NCBI RefSeq assembly: GCF_946998835.1
Contig: NZ_CAMQAZ010000001.1
Coordinates: forward strand, 12,396 to 76,395
DNA length: 64,000 nt
Direction of reading: 5' to 3'
Source: an uncultured Corynebacterium sp.
GTDB lineage: Bacteria > Actinomycetota > Actinomycetes > Mycobacteriales > Mycobacteriaceae
This document shows positions 59,963-64,000 of this stretch, in pieces. The translations under genes and the position numbers were made by a program. Numbering within the stretch: position 1 is the first letter of the stretch; every line of letters begins with the position of its first letter. The notes under the pieces were generated by a model. It did not search any database. It was not told the DNA's origin and saw nothing but the letters and a program-made list of their open reading frames with translations.

Positions 59963-59982
59963 CACGAACACTGCTCGAATAT
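59963..59982 (-). promoter_or_regulatory. Candidate (imperfect) LexA box upstream of imuA'-imuB
   Basis: The reverse complement TTCGAGCAGTGTTCGTG contains TCGAGC-N3/4-GTTCG. A second half-site, TGTTCGAA, lies at 60027-60034. Confidence 0.3.
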
Positions 59983-60113
59983 TCTTTCTCAGCAAGCGGA
60001 TTAAACATTACCCTAAGTAGCACACCTGTTCGAATACAATGTGTGGAGAAAAGCGCCGCGCACATCACCGCGCGACGCTTTACAACTCAGCCGAGCACTA
60101 CATTGCGTACTAT

Positions 60114-60425
60114 TTACGCCTTCACATCCAGCACCACATCGAACTCGAGCAGCTCAGCCGACGACGACACCGGCTTACGCTTCTCCCCCTCGTGCGAGGC
60201 CTTGAAAGCACGGCCCTCACGCCAGCCCTGGTAGGCCTCCTCGCTCTCCCACTCGGTAAAGACGAAGTAGCGGCTCTCCCCTGCGGTTGGACGCAGCAGC
60301 TGAAAACCGATGAAACCCGGAACATCGGTCATCTTCGAAGAGTTAGCAGAAAAACGGCGTTCAAGTTCTTCTCCCGCACCTTCAGGAACGGAAATAGCGT
60401 TAATTTTTACAATGCTCATGGGCAC
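60114..60425 (-). CDS. Antibiotic-biosynthesis-monooxygenase (ABM) domain protein
   Basis: 103 aa ferredoxin-like ABM fold (MSIVKINAISVPEGAGEELERRF...YFVFTEWESEEAYQGW). Confidence 0.7.
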   Translation of the reverse strand: MPMSIVKINAISVPEGAGEELERRFSANSSKMTDVPGFIGFQLLRPTAGESRYFVFTEWESEEAYQGWREGRAFKASHEGEKRKPVSSSAELLEFDVVLDVKA

Positions 60426-60484
60426 AACACTAGCTACCAGACACCCAACAATCTATAGTTCTCCCTCTACTACAGTGAAGAAGT

Positions 60485-61207
60485 ATGACTGAATGCAGCC
60501 AACGCACGACAAAGTTCATCAATAGTCCTGTGCGACTGGGAATACCAATTGGCGCCGTCACCGCAGTCATCGCACTGCTCGCACTGCTTAACGCCCATAT
60601 CATCGGCGCCATTGGCTGGTGGATCCTGATTGCGCTTCTACTCGCACTCATTGGCATCACCGTTTTCACGCACCACGCAAAAACACCCACCAAAGAAACT
60701 CGGCCTTCCTATTTCGCCGAGCCAATGCGAGAGTCCCCAAACGACATCTCTTGGAACTCCAGCGTAAGCGTGCTGCTGATCTTCCCCGGCTCATGGATCA
60801 TTGCTGCTGTCGCCGAGCGCATCCCATCAAACCTCGCCGCGACTGTCGTAGTCATCGCACTTTCAGCCATCACCGCTACCTGCGCAATCCTGCCACGGCA
60901 ATTCGGATTCCTCCCGCTGGCCGCACCGCTTCCCGATGACTTCGCACAGCGCTGCCCCTATCCCACCGATTCCCCCGAGGCACGTATCCTCGCGGTCCTC
61001 TTCATCGCGCGTCTACGCGATGGCTACGTCTTTTTCGTCGACCAGCTCCCCTATTTCGCAATGCTTGACGACGATGCCGTGAGCGCAGCCCTCCACACGC
61101 TCGTGGCTGATAAGCGCATCACCATCACCAAGAATACGTCGGCTCTGACGGAAAAGGGCCGCGCCCGCGAGTTTGCACAACTCACAGACACGGCCCTTGC
61201 CAACTAG
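60485..61207 (+). CDS. Hypothetical membrane protein (4 TM) with C-terminal soluble domain
   Basis: 240 aa. Occupies the membrane-protein slot between imuA' and guaA as in mycobacteria. No recognisable motif. Confidence 0.5.
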   Translation: MTECSQRTTKFINSPVRLGIPIGAVTAVIALLALLNAHIIGAIGWWILIALLLALIGITVFTHHAKTPTKETRPSYFAEPMRESPNDISWNSSVSVLLIFPGSWIIAAVAERIPSNLAATVVVIALSAITATCAILPRQFGFLPLAAPLPDDFAQRCPYPTDSPEARILAVLFIARLRDGYVFFVDQLPYFAMLDDDAVSAALHTLVADKRITITKNTSALTEKGRAREFAQLTDTALAN

Positions 61208-61211
61208 TGGC

Positions 61212-62786
61212 TTACTCCCACTCAATGGTTCCCGGCGGCTTGGAAGTCACATCCAGGACCACTCGGTTGACCTCCGGCACCTCGTTGGTGATACGGGTGG
61301 AGATCTTCTCCAGGGTGTCGTACGGAACGCGAGTCCAGTCAGCGGTCATCGCATCCTCAGAGGAAACCGGACGCAGCACAATTGGGTGGCCATAAGTACG
61401 ACCATCGCCCTGGACACCGACCGAGCGGACGTCGGCAAGCAGGACGACCGGGCACTGCCAGACAACCTCGTCCATACCTGCGGCCGTCATCTCCTCGCGC
61501 GCGATAGCATCGGCGCGACGGAGGGTATCCAGACGCTCCTCATCGACAGCACCGATGATGCGGATGCCGAGACCCGGACCCGGGAATGGCTGCCGAGCGA
61601 CGATTTCCTCCGGCAGACCCAGCTCGCGGCCAACCGCACGGACCTCATCCTTGAACAGCAGACGCAGCGGCTCCACAAGAGTGAACTCGACATCATCCGG
61701 CAGACCACCGACGTTGTGGTGGCTCTTAATGTTGGCAGTGCCGGAACCGCCGCCGGACTCGACCACATCTGGGTACAGCGTGCCCTGGACCAGGAAGTCC
61801 ACGGTCTCGCCCTCCGGAGCACCCTCCAGCGCCTGTGCGACAGCGCGCTCGAAGGAGCGGATGAACTCGCGGCCGATGGTCTTGCGCTTGGTCTCCGGAT
61901 CAGTGATGCCAGCCAGGGCATCCAGGAAAATCTTGGAGTCATCGACGGTGATCAGCTTCGCGCCGGTTGCGGCAACGAAGTCCTTCTCGACCTGCTCGCG
62001 TTCACCCTGACGCAGCAGACCATGGTCAACGAAGACACAGGTCAGGCGGTCACCGATAGCGCGCTGCACGATTGCGGCAGCAACTGCGGAGTCAACACCA
62101 CCGGACAGACCACAGATTGCGCGACCGGTCTCACCGACCTGGTTACGAACCTGCTCAATGAGCTCGTCCGCGATATTAGCGGCAGTCCAGTCCGGCTCGA
62201 GGCCAGCAACCTCGTAGAGGAACTTCTCCAGTACCTCCTGGCCGTACGGCGAGTGGTTGACCTCCGGGTGGTACTGCACACCGGCCATGCGCTTGTCCAA
62301 GCACTCAAAAGCTGCCACCGGGGCGCCCTTGGTGGAAGCCGTAACAGTGAAGCCCTCCGGCGCCTCAGACACCGCGTCGCCGTGGCTCATCCACACCTCA
62401 TGAGACTCCGGCACACCAGCGTGGGCAACACCGCCGCCGTCGAGGACGTTCAACTGTGTGCGGCCGTACTCGCGGTCACCGGTGGCAGCAATCGTGCCGC
62501 CGAGAGCCTCAGTCATAGCCTGGAAACCGTAGCAAATACCAAACACCGGAATGCCCAGCTCAAGCCACTCTGGGTTGAGCTTCGGAGCGCCTTCGGCGTA
62601 GGCACTGGACGGACCGCCGGACAGCACCAGCGCGGCCGGGTTCTTGGCCTTAATTTCTTCAGTCGTCGCATCATGCGAGACCACTTCGGAATAAATTTTT
62701 GCCTCGCGCACACGTCGCGCGATGAGCTGCGCATACTGCGCACCGAAGTCCACGACGAGGACGGGCTTAGTCACCTGTTCAGACAC
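61212..62786 (-). CDS. guaA: GMP synthase (glutamine-hydrolysing)
   Basis: 524 aa. GATase1 (GICYGFQ with catalytic Cys, HPEV), ATP-PPase P-loop SGGVDSAV and a C-terminal dimerisation domain. Confidence 0.95.
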   Translation of the reverse strand: MSEQVTKPVLVVDFGAQYAQLIARRVREAKIYSEVVSHDATTEEIKAKNPAALVLSGGPSSAYAEGAPKLNPEWLELGIPVFGICYGFQAMTEALGGTIAATGDREYGRTQLNVLDGGGVAHAGVPESHEVWMSHGDAVSEAPEGFTVTASTKGAPVAAFECLDKRMAGVQYHPEVNHSPYGQEVLEKFLYEVAGLEPDWTAANIADELIEQVRNQVGETGRAICGLSGGVDSAVAAAIVQRAIGDRLTCVFVDHGLLRQGEREQVEKDFVAATGAKLITVDDSKIFLDALAGITDPETKRKTIGREFIRSFERAVAQALEGAPEGETVDFLVQGTLYPDVVESGGGSGTANIKSHHNVGGLPDDVEFTLVEPLRLLFKDEVRAVGRELGLPEEIVARQPFPGPGLGIRIIGAVDEERLDTLRRADAIAREEMTAAGMDEVVWQCPVVLLADVRSVGVQGDGRTYGHPIVLRPVSSEDAMTADWTRVPYDTLEKISTRITNEVPEVNRVVLDVTSKPPGTIEWE

Positions 62787-62799
62787 GCCCTAAAGCTTA

Positions 62800-64000
62800 T
62801 CAAGACTTCCGGACCACAGGCATACCCAGGTTCAGTGCAGCCGGAGCATCTTCCGGCACAGCTGGACGGTTCGGAGCAATCGGCTCCAGACGCACGTAGG
62901 CCTCCCCCTGCGCCGGCCGCTGATCTTCGTCACCCTTATTCGGCCACAGCGATGTCGCACGTTCCGCATTCGCGGAAATCGACAGCGATGGGTTCACACC
63001 CGGGTTGGCAGCCATTGCCGAACCGTCGTGAATCGACAGCGTCGGATAGCCCCACACGCGCAAGTACGGATCGACCACCCCATTTTCCGGCGAATCCGAA
63101 ATCGTCGCACCACCGATAAAGTGAGCGGTCAGAGGAATATTCGCCAGCTCGCCAATGGTTCCACCAGCCAGCACACGGCCATTCTTACCGCGCGCATCGA
63201 GTTTCTCCGCCGCGCGCCGCGTAGCCTCATTGCCGGCCGGAATCCACGTCGGATTCGGCTCGCCCTCGCCCTGCTTACTCATCAGGAAACGCAGTGGCCC
63301 AATCTTCTGCAGGTAAGTCGTAATCGAGTTGTCGCGATTCTGCATCACCAAAGAAATCACCGTACGCTGCGACCACTTTCGCAAGTTCACCAGCTGCAGC
63401 AGATAGTTGGGGTGCTTTACGACGGCCCCCACCGCCTGTAGCCAACGCGGAGTCGCACGATCTCCTTCGGTCATAATCATCTGCAGCATTGCGATGGCAT
63501 TAGAGCCCTTACCGTAGCGCACTGGCTCGATATGGGTGTCCTCATCTGGGAAGAACGACGAAGTAATGGCGACACCAGTGGAGAAATCATTGTCCGGGTC
63601 AACCTTCGTTCCCATCGCACCCAAAATGGCCTCGGAGTTGGTTCGGGTCAGCTTGCCCAAAGTCTTCGGCAGCAGTGGCAGGTGCCCATCGGCTTGCTGG
63701 CGGTGCAGTAGGTTCTGGGTTCCCCAGGCACCGGCGGCGAGAATGACTCGCTGAGCGCTAAACTGCTGCTTGCCCTTAGCTACCCACCGGCCAGTGCGCT
63801 CAGTATCGATAACCCAGGAGCCATCCGCCTGCGGGTGCAACCCGGTAACAGTAGTGCGGTCAAAGACCTGCGCACCGAACTTCTCTGCCAGGTAGAGGTA
63901 GTTCTTGACCAGGGTGTTTTTGGCATTATGGCGGCAACCGGTCATGCACTCACCGCATTCCGTACATGCAGTGCGGTCCGGGCCAACTCCGCCGAAGTAG
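62800..64000 (-). CDS. GMC family oxidoreductase (cholesterol-oxidase-like), C-terminal part; gene continues past the window end
   Basis: C-terminal substrate-binding/GMC_oxred_C region. The reading frame is open beyond 64000 on the minus strand. guaA-adjacent choD-like gene as in mycobacteria. Confidence 0.75.
   Translation of the reverse strand, partial: YFGGVGPDRTACTECGECMTGCRHNAKNTLVKNYLYLAEKFGAQVFDRTTVTGLHPQADGSWVIDTERTGRWVAKGKQQFSAQRVILAAGAWGTQNLLHRQQADGHLPLLPKTLGKLTRTNSEAILGAMGTKVDPDNDFSTGVAITSSFFPDEDTHIEPVRYGKGSNAIAMLQMIMTEGDRATPRWLQAVGAVVKHPNYLLQLVNLRKWSQRTVISLVMQNRDNSITTYLQKIGPLRFLMSKQGEGEPNPTWIPAGNEATRRAAEKLDARGKNGRVLAGGTIGELANIPLTAHFIGGATISDSPENGVVDPYLRVWGYPTLSIHDGSAMAANPGVNPSLSISANAERATSLWPNKGDEDQRPAQGEAYVRLEPIAPNRPAVPEDAPAALNLGMPVVRKS

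Noticed and set aside
60019-60045. Second TCGAA-containing element upstream of imuA' as a full LexA box
   Set aside because: Only one half-site (TCGAAC) matches. The partner half is 3/6. It is kept only as a note inside the mutasome finding.

Overview
High-GC (~60%) actinobacterial chromosome segment, Corynebacterium-like by gene content and synteny. It is mostly core housekeeping.

Genes by region:
- 1-9.7 kb: purH (partial), purN, a DUF6350 membrane protein, M23 peptidase, PcrA helicase, chorismate mutase and a succinate-semialdehyde-type aldehyde dehydrogenase.
- 10.1-16.2 kb: a tandem pair of large secreted Ig-like-repeat surface proteins. The second carries an LAKTG sorting signal and a PGTDK tandem-repeat stalk. 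This is the accessory-looking part of the window.
- 16.3-33.4 kb: pgi, yccF, cysQ, thyA-folA, a mycoredoxin-like protein, lpdA (NAD(P)H quinone reductase type, single Cys), an M20 amidohydrolase, upp, a small helical protein plus an NlpC/P60 hydrolase with no signal peptide, an internally duplicated Rv3311-like protein, add, a D,D-carboxypeptidase, yihY and trpS.
- 34.0-47.8 kb: a 903-aa polytopic membrane protein, xthA, an MFS transporter, a J-domain-like membrane protein, monomeric icd, metY-metX, folD and trmL.
- 47.7-59.9 kb: an S9 peptidase, dnaE2, metQNI, a sucrase/ferredoxin-like protein, a lipoprotein and imuB-imuA'.
- 60.1-64.0 kb: an ABM monooxygenase, a hypothetical membrane protein, guaA and a partial GMC oxidoreductase.

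Synteny with M. tuberculosis is strong (lpdA-amiA...upp...Rv3311-add; imuB-imuA'-membrane protein-guaA).

Candidate regulatory sites seen by eye:
- an McbR-type operator (AAGAC-N6-GTCTA) upstream of metQ, with weaker ones at metY and metX;
- a GlxR/CRP-like TGTGA-N6-TCACA site upstream of icd;
- LexA/SOS-box-like palindromes upstream of dnaE2 and imuA';
- several intrinsic terminator hairpins.

No transposases, CRISPR arrays, rRNA or tRNA genes were recognised. All calls are from reading the translated ORFs and the sequence. No database search was run.
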